64,000 nt of DNA. Origin: Oopsacas minuta (Eukaryota; Animalia; Porifera). Below are positions 52,714-64,000 of this stretch, piece by piece. The position numbers were made by a program, and so were the translations under genes. Where the stretch lies: contig JAKMXF010000307.1 in NCBI GenBank assembly GCA_024704765.1, forward strand, positions 394,556 to 458,555, in the 5' to 3' direction. The notes below the pieces were generated by a model, which had not been told where the DNA came from, did no database searches, and saw only the letters and a program-made list of their open reading frames with translations. The number at the start of each line of letters is the position of its first letter. The first letter of the stretch is position 1.

Positions 52714-53414
52714 CAGTGAAACCTGTGGAATCGGGGGATGTGGGATACTGGGAAAATTTCTGACACACTAATTGTGGAAATTCCCCGATTCTGGATTTCA
52801 GTGTGATATTGTGTCAAAATCACCATTTTCCGTATATATATAGTTCATATTATGTCATACTATTGTTTCGTATTGTTAGTCACACTGTAGAATTAAAATA
52901 TTTCATCCTGCTACATATTGCTTAACCTGAACACCACGTCATCATAACAAGGGCTGCCACCCAGGTTCTCCTCGACCTCGAGATATTCTTTCAGGATCAG
53001 GGGAAGCAGGTCGACCCTGAGTGATGCGCAGTACACACTGACGAGGTCAGAAAGGCGGCAGAAAAGCATCAGAAGCAGACAAAGATTACCTAATTCTCCT
53101 CGTAATGTTAGTGTACGTAGGCTCTGTGTAGTACATATTTACCCTCAGAGGCGGATTGAATTGATTCCTTGTTCACTTACTTAGCATTAATATTGGTTAT
53201 ATTCGATAGTTATTGCGAATATAAAACTTTATTGAGTTGATTTCAGTATTGATGCCCCGATTGGGTATGGGATTTTATTATTAATTCTATGCAAGCTGAA
53301 AGAATTAGATTCTCAGGGTTGCCCGATTCCAGAGGTTCATTTGTATGGGAAAATATTTTCTCAAAATTCAAGTGCCCCGAATTCAGAAGATCCCCGATTC
53401 CTGAGGTTTGACTG
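52714..53414 (+). mobile_element. Internally deleted pogo/Tigger element
   Basis: TA-CAGTGAAACCTGTGGAATCGGGG ... CCCCGATTCCTGAGGTTTGACTG-TA, with CCCCGATT subterminal repeats and an internal Tigger-like C-terminus (LDLEIFFQDQG...KQTKIT). Confidence 0.8.
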
Positions 53415-53739
53415 TACTATGTCTCCTCCTACAGGATTTGGTCACTTGGATCATGATGCAAATCCAACTAGCGTCCAATAATTTTTGAAATGTAAAGATT
53501 GCAATAATTGGTACCTGCATAGTATACAGCAACCTCCAACTTCTACTCACATGAAGGTAAATTGAAAATATATATATTTCACTTTTAAAAGATTGATTTA
53601 GTTATTCGCAATTCCAGAAGCCTGATCAATAAGCTAGCATAAATCACGGGACTGATTCATGATCTGATCAGAGTATTACTAAATTCGTTTCTGTGACGTC
53701 TGACAATTGGAGTATAAATGATCCTATGCGAATACACCT

Positions 53740-54020
53740 TACGGGAAGTGATGTAAATTTATCAATTGTTTAAGTTGATGATCCGAATTTTGGTGAACCT
53801 TAACATAGAGCTAAACCAGCCTATACATTACCTAGCCTTGAACATCCTAGTATCAGGCCTGAGAGAACTGCCCAGCTTCATGCCAACATTGTCAAAAGTC
53901 TCAACGCAATTGATGCTATTTGTTTGACAGTTGACCTCTGGTTGTGTCGAGATATGAGAAGTTCTGTTAGCATTAATGAACATTTTATTGAAGATTTCAA
54001 ACTTCCTGGATTGAAGTAGA
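53740..54020 (+). pseudogene. hAT (Ac/ZBED4-like) transposase fragment
   Basis: ICLTVDLWLCRDMRSSVSINEHFIEDF matches the LTxDLWSSRxMRS..ITxHFI motif around the first catalytic Asp. Confidence 0.65.
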
Positions 54021-56400
54021 TCAGGTGAGTGATAGTGACAGTTATGAGGAGGATCAAAAGGAAATCCTCAAATGATCGATTCTAATGACTAATGTGAAAT
54101 AGGGTGCAACAATAATTACTATCATTAATGATTCATTTGAAACCTGGTAAATAGTTATTTATATATTGAATATTAGAGGTATTTCTTAATGTGCAAAAGA
54201 TAGTGACAGTGAAATAGTAATTAATCGTATTAGGGGAAAATATTGAATTATAATTGAACATTATAGTTGTCTTGTAATTGAACAAAAGAATTGACCACGA
54301 CCCTGTGACCAATACCTCTATATTCGATGTATCTCTTGAGAAGCTTGAAAGCAAACAACAGAATGTTCTTAGAAATAGAGTTCACTGATTTCTGCAGTTT
54401 ATTGCAAATCTGATGTGACCAGAACAATCTATACCATATGATGTTTTCAAGTTTAGAGGATATTGTGCATATTTTCAGGAAGGTTAGTAAATGTTGATAG
54501 TAAGCGAGAAATTGTATGCCTTGAAAACAACTGATATGAAATGGAAACACCAATAGCAACTTAATTAGAGTTGGATAATATGTATTGGAGATCATTTGTG
54601 AGGGGAAATCAACACGAAATAATGCTACACCCTATCCGAAGGAAATAGCACATTACCTACTATCAACAGTCTCCTGAAGTCAATATCCCCTTTGCTTACA
54701 GATATCAAGTGTGTCTAGAAAGAACGGTGACTTCTCCTTTGCAATGTATCCTAATCACTAAATGTTAACATATAGAGAGGTTTCCGTAGTTTAGTGACAT
54801 AACTGATTCAATTAGTGTTTCGTCAGTGTGGAGCATACAAATCTAATCTTCCCAACTGGCTAGAGAAAGTAGTTTAAGGGCGGTATCCCTATCAGATTTC
54901 AAATTCTCGAATTTGCTGCGTATCAAATGAAGATCAGTACCTGGCAATTAGAATGAATGAAATAAATTGTTTGTTGCTCCTCTGATCGATAGTTTAGATT
55001 TTAGATGAGTAAATGTTCCCTTGTAATACAAATATAAAATCTAAAATTTAATGAAAAGAAGCAATATACTTTTCTATTAAAAGATAACATATTGTAGATT
55101 ACGATGAATCTCATGAGGGCTCGATAGCATATAATCAGGATATTTTCTTTGGATATTTTAGGAGCCCTAAAATAATCGCTAAAAGTTAAGCAACCAGCTA
55201 TTAAATTCAAAACAAAACCCAACAACTTGACAAGCAGTAGGACCATATAGGTAAATAAATTCTGTCCGATCTCATTGGAACTCTCCCGATTCGTTAACCA
55301 AATTGCCTTTTAATTTGGGTTATCAAATTATAAGCGATTTGCCTGCAAACCAAGTAAAATACGCATGAGACATCTTTGGCACGTTTAGTCCGCCCAGCCG
55401 AAAATATAGAAACATTAATGTGGGCGAGATTCTGGTTACTGCGGATTATGTGGGTCAAGTGCGGGTAAGTGCAGGTTACGTTGAGGTTAAGTAGAGGCAA
55501 ATTATTACGATTAGATCGCATCAGCCGAGCAGAAAATATCCTGGACCCGGACATTCCCGCCGGAAGGATCTTAATCCCACATCCGCTCCGCACGAAGCTA
55601 ATCCTAGCCGTCTATGACGAATTTATTCGTAATGGTACTGAATAGATTTAATTGCTCCTAAACGGACCACCTTCCATCGAAATATAGGATAAGTAATTTC
55701 TCCAACCATGCCGATCCGAACTAAACTAGTCGACATACATCTAACTCAAAGAATCAATAGAACAACTAAGAGGCAGTTTGACATCGCAACAACATAGGAG
55801 CAGGCTTAACATAAATCCAAGGTAAATTTCTTAATTAAATTTCATAGAAATCAAACAAACATAACACTAGGCAACAAATTTTTATAAAATCTTTGTTTGG
55901 CTTGATATTTTGATTGTTTATGGATAATTATGAGGCGCTGATTCCGAAAATGCAATTAGGATTTTTCTATCATCGATCGTTCACTTTCAGGAACACTATT
56001 TATATGAGCAGGTTACACGCTTAGCCAACCCAGCAAAAACGTACTTCACAATCAAAATCTTTTATGCTATAACAATAAAGATAACAAACATTTTGCACTC
56101 CCTTCACTGTCTCTTGTCTTTTTAAGCTCTGGGAGACACTCAAAGTGTCTGCAAATGCACAACTTAAACAGCATCGGAATTCCAGGCTGCAGTAGGATTG
56201 CAAAACTTAGAAATTTCATTTTTGTGTATAGTTTATTTGCTATCCAGTGCCTTCACTTGGAAAGTATTTACTTATATTAATAGTATAAGCTACCAGCAGC
56301 TAGTATAAGCATAAGTAGAACTGCCTTTAGCAGAAAAGGCAGAAACAACTTGCTGGTTGTTCTTACGTTAAGTTAGTGTTTTTCAAAATTAGAAATTGCA

Positions 56401-58461
56401 ATGGCAAGTAGACAATGCAAAAATTCACCTGAGTCATTTTGCTATGTTTGTGGATATTATATTGGTGACAAACATGTTTCAAATAAAATATCAAAAGAAG
56501 CTAAGTATTGGGAAGCGTATAGACTGTATTTTGCGATGTCCATTGGGGACCAGGAAAAGGTCTGGGCCCCACATGTAATTTGTGGCAGCTGTCGATCTAA
56601 TCTTGAAGGTTGATTGAGGGGTTCCGCTAGAGTATGCCATTTGCTATTCCAAGAGTTTGGAGAGAGCCACAAAACCATCCTGATGATTGTTACTTTTGTA
56701 TGATAAGGGAAGAAGAGCACTGACTTAGCCAAGTATACCTTCATCCATTGCACCTGTTCCTCACAGTGAAACTTTACCAGTTCCAAAACCACGAGCAAAT
56801 GTAAGTAGTTTTATGATTTATAATATTAGGCTAAGCTAGCTTATATGCTGTAAGGGTGACCCACAATCTGCATCTTATGTTTTTATTCTTGTCATTTTAG
56901 TTGGAGTTTAATACTGAATGTGAAGACTCGATATCAAGTGAAACTTCGGATGCTGAGGAGGAGTATCTCCAATCAACAAGTGCAGATCGCCATTATCCTT
57001 CTAAGAGAGAATTAGATGACTTAATACGAGATCTGCAACTAACAAAATCTGCAGCAGAGCTATTGACGTCAAGATTAAGCGAGTGGAATTTGGCGCGTGA
57101 TGATTGCAAAATAACTGCTTACAGGAAGAGGCGCTTGGACTATTCTGTTTACTTTGATGTAATACAGGATCTGTGCTATTGCAAAGATGTGAATAGTTTG
57201 TTGGTTGCTGTTGGAATTGAACATGTCCCTCCTCAGTGGCGACTTTTTATTGACAGTTTCACCAAAAGTCTTAAAGGAGTTTTACTTCATAATGGGAACA
57301 AATATCCGTCAATTCCACTTGCTTATTCAATACAAATGAAAGAAGACTATGAAAGTGTCAATTAACTACTGCTTAAAATAAACTATGCTGAATTTAACTG
57401 GGCAGCTCTGTGGTGATTTTAGGATGTTGAGGTTTTTGTTGGGACTGCAGGGTGGTTACACCAAATACTCATGTTTTCTTTGTTTGTGGGACAGCAGAGC
57501 TGATGGAGAGCACTACAAGAAGATTCAATGACCGCCAAGAAAAGAATTAATGCCAGGAAAGTACAATGTCATCAAAGAGCCACTTGTATGCCGGGAAAAA
57601 GTTTCACTACCACCTCTTCATATACGTATAACTAGGTTTAATAAAGCAATTTGTTAAAGCTTTGGATTTTGAAGGAGAAGCTTATCAAGAAATCAGTGCA
57701 ATGTTTCCAAAATTATCAGATGCTAAACTAAAAGGAGGAATATTTGTTAGCCCCCAAATAACCACCATGTTAAAGTCAAGAACCCTGGAGGACAAAATGA
57801 CCGAAACAGAAATAAAAGCATGGCAGGCATTTCGAGATGTAGTTAATGGCCTTTTAGGAAATAACAAAGACCCTAATAGTGGAGAGATAGTGAATACTCT
57901 GATCACAAGCTACCAAAAGATGGGATGCCGCATGTCGTTGGAACTTCATTTTCTATGCTCTCATATTTACTTATTTCAAGAAAGTTTGGAGGATTTCAGC
58001 GAGGAACATAGTGAGAGATTTCACCAAGATATTCAGCTAATGGAAAGACGATATCAAGGCCACTGGGACAGTACAATGATGGGCGATTACATGTGGTTTT
58101 TGATAAGGGAAGACATTTCTGGTCACAAAAGAAAAGCTCATTAACAGTTCATTTTTGAAGTATTTTGACTCTCTAACATGAGTGCGTTTTGTTTTGTTTA
58201 GGACTTGTAATCAGCAATGTACTGTTTGGTAGTGATTTTCATGTTCAAATTAACTTATCAACACATCACTACGTGTTTAAATGTATTACAAGAGCTGTAG
58301 CTAAATTTACATATAATGAACAACGCAACTCGTTCGGAAAAAGTAAAAGTGTAAATACGTCAAAAAGCATTGATGATATGCAAAAACTAACACGATTTTT
58401 GAATTCAGCGACCCAAATAACATAAGGGGACATCAAAAATTGAAGCCAAACAAACATTGTG
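56401..58461 (+). mobile_element. Chapaev3-like transposon #3, intron-containing transposase pseudogene
   Basis: ATG at 56401 (MASRQCKNSPESFCYVCG), GDQEKVWAPHVICGSC, LFIDSFTKSLKGVLLHNGNKY and SEEHSERFHQDI. Right end CATTGTG followed by TTA. Left end not established. Confidence 0.88.
56801..56900 (+). other. Phase-0 spliceosomal intron in Chapaev3 #3 transposase
   Basis: GTAAGT donor and a T-rich tract ending TTTTAG. Splicing joins PVPKPRAN to LEFNTECE in frame. Confidence 0.75.
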
Positions 58462-59424
58462 TTACGTAGTATAATCAGCGATTAGAACAATGACATTGGC
58501 ACATTCGTTCAAAAATGTATTCATTATCTGGAAATAGCCCAAATATAAAAACAAAAATTCAAGTGGTTCGAGGACATTGGGACGAGTTCTATTTGACAAT
58601 AACAGACCCCCTTCATTACGATAAAAACTACAAAAAAGATTTAAGAATTTATACACAATGATATCAAGACATTTTTATCAAAAGTATTTGAATTTTTCAT
58701 TATCAAGTTAGCAAATACCTCAGGATCAATGGATAGCACACTAAATAGAAATTTTGCCCAATAGTTTACTTGTTTTCGCCATATCAGTAGGTCCAATGCC
58801 CAGTATATATTCCGCATCTCATACACTAATAATATATTTTGATAAATCTCTGATGATTTCGACCTAATCTGTGAAATTATAAAATAGTGAGTAGAGGTTT
58901 CATTTCATAATCTATTATTGGGATTTTGAAAGTTGAGTATACAAGGTATTGGAAGAACTTATTGAGCATAAACATCTAGCTTTTACGTATAAAGACTTTG
59001 TATGAAATACGCATACATTGTACCTCGGGAAATTCGCAAGATTTGTTCAGTCCAAATTTAACATTTTGGATAAATATATCACTAGCTAATTGAGCATGGA
59101 TTCTGTAATCATAGCTGTAGTATTTATCGTTCAATGAGATTTACAAGATGGACATACCTAAGCCAAAAATGATGGCTAAGCACAAAATTCCAAACACTTT
59201 GACAAAGATTATGAATTTTGGGATTAATGAAAAGATTCATCCAATGATCTAAGATATTTATTGGGACCAAAAGGTGGGACATTTGAAAAATAAAATTCCA
59301 AATATTATATTTTCAGAACATGATTTGAGAGCCCCGACGGGTCTTGTTTAAGTTGTTTATGGCTCCAAATTACTACATTTGAGAAACTCAGAAATTCCCA
59401 ATTATGATGCAGCGGAATTGATTA

Positions 59425-60757
59425 CTTGGGCGTTCAATAAGTCTTGCGGGTGATATCATAGAATAAGAAACAAACACTACACACACTAATTCACTACATT
59501 ATTAATTCAAAGTAGTCCCCTCCTGCAGATACACGAAGTTTTAACCATTTCACACACTTGTAAAACACATTTCTGTACTCTTCTTCGGGATGTATTTGAA
59601 GTACTGATACAGGCCCGTTCCGAGAGCTTGTAATGTGTCAAAGTCTTTGCCTTGAAGGTAGATTTTAAGCCTGGGGAATAGCCAAATATCACACAGAGCT
59701 TGGTCTGGTGGGTATGATGGGAAGGGAAGTAATTCAAACCCTTCTACATTCAAGAAATTTTTGGTAAGCTTAGATGTATGGGAACTGGCGTCATCAATTA
59801 AAATCTTCATTCATTGAGTTCCGGTTTTCGGGCGGTGCTTAACTATATTTTTTATCAAATTTGGAAGCACTTGCTCTGTAAAGAAAGTAGCATTAACAGC
59901 CTTGCCACTCTCACAAGGTAATTGCAGGACAATTCCATGACTACAGAAGAAGATGGCATACATACTCGTAGGTTTTCTGAAGTCGGGTCCAGGAATTTTC
60001 GCCGGTTGTTCATCGCCCCTCACCTATGATGGCTTCTTATACTTGCCATATGGTGTTGAATAGTACACCCACGTCTCGCCACCAGTCATAATCTCTGTTA
60101 GGCGTCTAGAATCGCAGTTCTCATAAGTTTCCAAGAGTTTCTTGGTAATATTCAGTCGTGCCAACCTTTGATTCTCACCGAGGCTATGCGTGAGCCATTT
60201 CCCACAAATCGATCGGTGGCTAAGCTCAGTCGCCAGAATAGTATGAATAGCTCCCGATGAAATCTCCAAACTTTGTTCTAACTGATTGAAGTAATGCAAT
60301 TGTCTTCCATGATATTACTTTCAATGGGTGCGATATTCTCTGAAGTGGTGGCGGACACCAGTCTTCCAGATCGAGGCAAATCTGTGACATCAGCACCACC
60401 AGATCTAAAACTGGCAACCCATCGCTCTACAGTAGATCTGGAAGGGCAATTCACGCACAATATCTCCTGTAACTCACTGAAGATCTGTGCGGGCTGGATC
60501 TTGAGTATTGTGCGAAACTCTATATAAGCTCGCCATTTGAGGTTGAAATTATCATCCTTTGAAGCCATAAATTCAACAGTGGGTATTAATTGACTACACG
60601 TAACTATCACAAAAAATTCATAATTTGTATTGAATAAGCTTGAAACTATCAGACATGGAGTTTAACTATATGGGCTTATAATATATGAAAGTTAGATATA
60701 TTACTTGACTAATTCTTAAGATGTATCTTGACCCGCAAGACTTATTAAACGCCCAGA
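59425..60757 (-). mobile_element. Full-length mariner (DD34D), inactivated; same family as 15573-16891
   Basis: TIRs CTTGGGCGTTCAATAAGTCTTGCGGGT and (rc) TCTGGGCGTTTAATAAGTCTTGCGGGT, TA on both sides. Catalytic motifs are altered (TGGETW, IDDASSH, YPPDQALCD). Confidence 0.93.
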
Positions 60758-61019
60758 TACACATCATTGTTTGGAGAAAGTCTGCGAATACTTTAAGTTT
60801 TCTAATATTCAGTATACATTTGTATTCATACATACAACAAGAAATTCATATAAGAGAATCTTCAAAATTCTAAGTTTCTGGTATCAAAATGCCTATCGGC
60901 AAGGTCATTTTTTAACTTTGTAGAAATCACAAGAAGCGAGGACAGGTGAGTAGGGTGGGTGATCTAGCTCAACAACTCTCATTCTATCCAACGCTAACTT
61001 TACGAGTTTAGCTTTATGT

Positions 61020-62051
61020 GGTCGTGGATTACCGTGTAATAATCGCATGTCCTGCAGTCCAGACTTTGGCCTCTACTCCCAGTGATGTTTTTCTACGCCT
61101 AAGAGGCGAATGTTGACATAAAGTCCCCAGTAATAGTTTTCCCTTTTGGTGGTATAATTTGGGCAACTGGGGCATGTGTATGAGAGAAAATTGACCACAG
61201 GATCTTCCGATCTCTGAAGTCCGGTCTAGCATTGAGAGAAGGCGCCTCACCTTCTAGGACATGAATCTGGAGCTTGGTCTGCATTTTTTTGGTACATAAA
61301 ATTTTGGGGGTAACAAAATACCGTACCTTATTTCTATCTTTGGATAGTGGCAGGCCGTATCTTATCCAAGTCTCGTCACCAGTAATGATTTTGCAGGCCA
61401 TCTTTGACGTGAGTCTATATACTAGGAGAGCATTTCTTGCGCAAGTTACCCAACGGTCATTTTGGTCCTTTGTAAGGGAATGCGGGATCGACCTAGAACA
61501 AATTTCCTAACCTCAGCTCATCGATAAGTATGGAATGAACAGCTCCCGTTGAGATCCCGACACTCATAGCTAACTCCTCTACAGTGATATGAGGATTTTC
61601 TTCCACTTTCCAGCAAATTTCAGAGGTGTTACTATTAGTGGCGAAGGATCTGGGACGCCAAATTCGTTCCTCATCTTCCACTAACCCTAGTCCTTCACAA
61701 AACCGCTTGGCCCACTCGTTCACAGTAGTATATGGGAGACTAACATCTCCATAAAGGAATTCCAAATCAATAAGAATATCTTCCCGGCCAATACCAAGAA
61801 GGGTGCGAATTTTGATATAGGATCTTCGCTCAAATTCCAAATTTGAAGCCATAAATGATTAAAAATAGAAGGAAGTCAAAACTGAGAAATATGAAATATT
61901 CGTAACTGGAAATTGCTGACGATATGGTGAAAGTTAAAGTACTTCTTAATAGATAATAGAATAAGATTCACTGTGAATACATATACGTAATACAATGTCT
62001 TATATCTTAAAATTCTATGACCAAGGTCGAAAACTTTTTGAATGCCCGTTG
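61020..62051 (-). mobile_element. Mariner, 5' two-thirds, inactivated
   Basis: End CAACGGGCATTCAAAAAGTTTT with TA at 62052-53. ORF 61493-61852 (MASNLEFERRSYIKIRTLLG...), then ITGDETWI and PKGKTITG. 3' end missing. Confidence 0.88.
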
Positions 62052-62718
62052 TACCATACTAATAACGTATTTTTCAATTTCGAATGTGTATTTCTATTTG
62101 AAAATTCTGAAAAGTAGCTATAAACTCAACAGTATGTTTTATAATTTGCAGCAATGATATTATGTACATAAATGAGACGAGTGAAACTATTACTTAAAGA
62201 AATTATTCGGTGAATTTGAATGAATCTTCTCAATTATAGTCACATCCCCTCACTTGGCTATTATTAATAAACAAGGATTATATAAATATTAAATATGCAT
62301 AGGTGTTCTATAGAGTAGTACACTTACACCACTTCCTCCAACGACTATTTTGTGAATGATATTTTATTATTAGAATATGTTATAAGGTGGTTGGTTAAAT
62401 ATACAAATTGTGCACGAAATATTCTAAGAAACCCAAAGATTTTAATTCATCATAGCTATAAATACGTGTATATTTCTAAATTTTGCATAAAAATTGATTA
62501 TTCACGAATGGTCTTTCGAACAGTTCCCCAATTGTAAGAGAAATTTCAATGGCGTGAGGTATCATTATATGTAAATTATGCCCTACCCTCACCCCCAGCC
62601 CAGCTTATAGAGATTGATTTCTATGGAAATGAATGTACTGGGTGTTAAAAACAATTGAAGTTGTAATATAGAATGGACAAATAAAACATATTATTGCAGT
62701 GTAGTAATGAGCTCCCTA

Positions 62719-63660
62719 CTATCCTATATAACCGCGCTTGTTAGCAATACATAATTTAATCCTATTTGGCATTGAAGCTAAAAGATTGGCCAAAACATCC
62801 TCCGTCACCTAAGACCATCCCAGTTTGAGATTTGTTTTTAAACTTTCTGCATTTATTGCGAGGGACATTGAATCCGGTTGTCTTTGAAGTATTGCCCACA
62901 GATATTCTATATGATTCAAGTCGGGCGAATTTGAGGCCATACTTCTTTAGGCCAAAAACCTTTAAGGTTCTTCAAACACCACTCTTGAGTTATTTTAGAG
63001 CTATGAGCCGGCGCCCCGTTCTGTTGGAAATTGGCCTTGGATATGTTTTCATCATTTTTCGTGTATAAATGGGTCCTTTTTTCGTTTTTAAGTGTAGGTA
63101 CCAAAGCTTTCTTCAAAATGTCCTCGACAGAATATTCTGGAATTACCGTCTCACCTTGTGGTAGGAAGTACAATTGTGATAAGGCAGAGCAGGACATCAT
63201 ACCTCACACATTTACTTTCAGAGGGTACTTCACAGTCTCTACCGGAGGTATATTATCTCGTTTCCGAATCCACACTCGGTTATTCCGCCGATTCGGAGTA
63301 TGGTAAGTTTAAATGGTGATTCACCTGAAATAGTATTCTTCTCCATTCTTCCACACTCCAGTTCTTCCTCTCTTTTCGGAATTTTACACAAGCTTTTTTC
63401 TGAGAATCGGTTAACTATGGCGGTTTGTGCGGTGTATTTGGAGTAGCATTCAAACTTTTCAAAGAATAAACTACAGTAACGTGAGATTCTGCTACTATGC
63501 CTCTTCTTCTCAAATTCTTGGTCTGTATCCTAATGATTTGTGAGATTTGGATAGCGATTAAGCATTTATGATTTTCGCTGCTTTGGACAGGGAACTCTTT
63601 CGACCACGTCAAGGCTTGTTCCTCAATGATTTACCACCTTTCTAAAGTGCCCACCAATAC
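62719..63660 (-). pseudogene. Tc1-like DD37E (TRT-like) transposase, degenerate
   Basis: WRRILF...ESPF, NRRNNRVW, FQQNGAPAH...WP/SPDLNHIE (37 spacing once one lost base is restored), and C-terminus SMPNRIKLCIANKRGYIG*. Confidence 0.75.
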
Positions 63661-63867
63661 TGTATTGTTTGTAAATTAATCTACAGAGCATGGGAATCCT
63701 TCGTTTGAGACAAGCCTACTATAATCATATCAATAGCACTATTACGGACATCAATAGTGTATCCAGCAACCATGGAAACACTAAAGAATGTTAGGAATTT
63801 TTATTTTCCGGTAAAGAAGATTATCAGCTAATATCAGAATACTAATTATGAATACATGTAGCATATA

Positions 63868-64000
63868 CGAGGGTCGTCCAAAAAGTTTTTAGAATGAATG
63901 CTGTAACTTCATTTCTTGCACACCAATACATCTTATATCTATAGTACACTATTTATAACTACTCTAGTTAAAATATCTAAGCTTTTTATCTTTTATTACT
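63868..64000. mobile_element. Start of another mariner-type element running off the window
   Basis: TA-CGAGGGTCGTCCAAAAAGTTTT resembles the mariner TIRs seen at 28898 and 62051. Confidence 0.55.

Noticed and set aside
52530-54895. TTAAGGGCG(A/G)TAT motifs as Kolobok/piggyBac ends
   Set aside because: Both copies are in the same orientation and no matching opposite end or transposase was found.
15573-60757. Segmental duplication explaining the two related mariner copies
   Set aside because: Similarity stops at the TIRs, the flanks differ and the lesions I compared are private to each copy, which indicates ordinary independent insertions.
1-64000. Prokaryotic systems (CRISPR, operons, defence islands), rRNA and tRNA genes
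   Set aside because: No regularly spaced direct repeats, no operon-like gene density and no recognisable structural RNA; all identifiable proteins are eukaryotic transposases.

Overview
AT-rich eukaryotic (animal-like) genomic DNA that is largely a graveyard of cut-and-paste DNA transposons. Recognisable families: maT/DD37D (about 6 copies or remnants), mariner/DD34D (about 7), a TRT-like DD37E element, pogo/Tigger derivatives, hAT (Buster-type, ZMYM1/THAP12-like, ZNF862-like, ZBED4-like), three Chapaev3-like elements, P-element/THAP remnants, a KRBA2/Ginger-like fragment, and MITEs. I found no retroelement, rRNA, tRNA, CRISPR array or confidently identifiable host gene. Highlights: (i) one apparently intact maT element (10424-11734; 343-aa DD37D ORF, 26-bp TIRs, TA TSD) and a second that is one base short of intact (32402-33713); (ii) a multi-layer nest at about 41.2-50.8 kb (THAP/P remnant > hAT with 8-bp TSD > Chapaev3 + MITE, plus a second Chapaev3) whose host frames rejoin when the inserts are removed; (iii) two independently inserted maT copies sharing the same nonsense and frameshift lesions; (iv) an intron-containing Chapaev3 transposase; (v) a mariner with an internal inversion; (vi) a PHD-like Cys/His frame upstream of a hAT core; (vii) repeated signs of CpG deamination. 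I see no strong evidence for a wholly new biological system; the novelty is at the level of transposon architecture. Family names come from motif recognition by eye, not from database searches.
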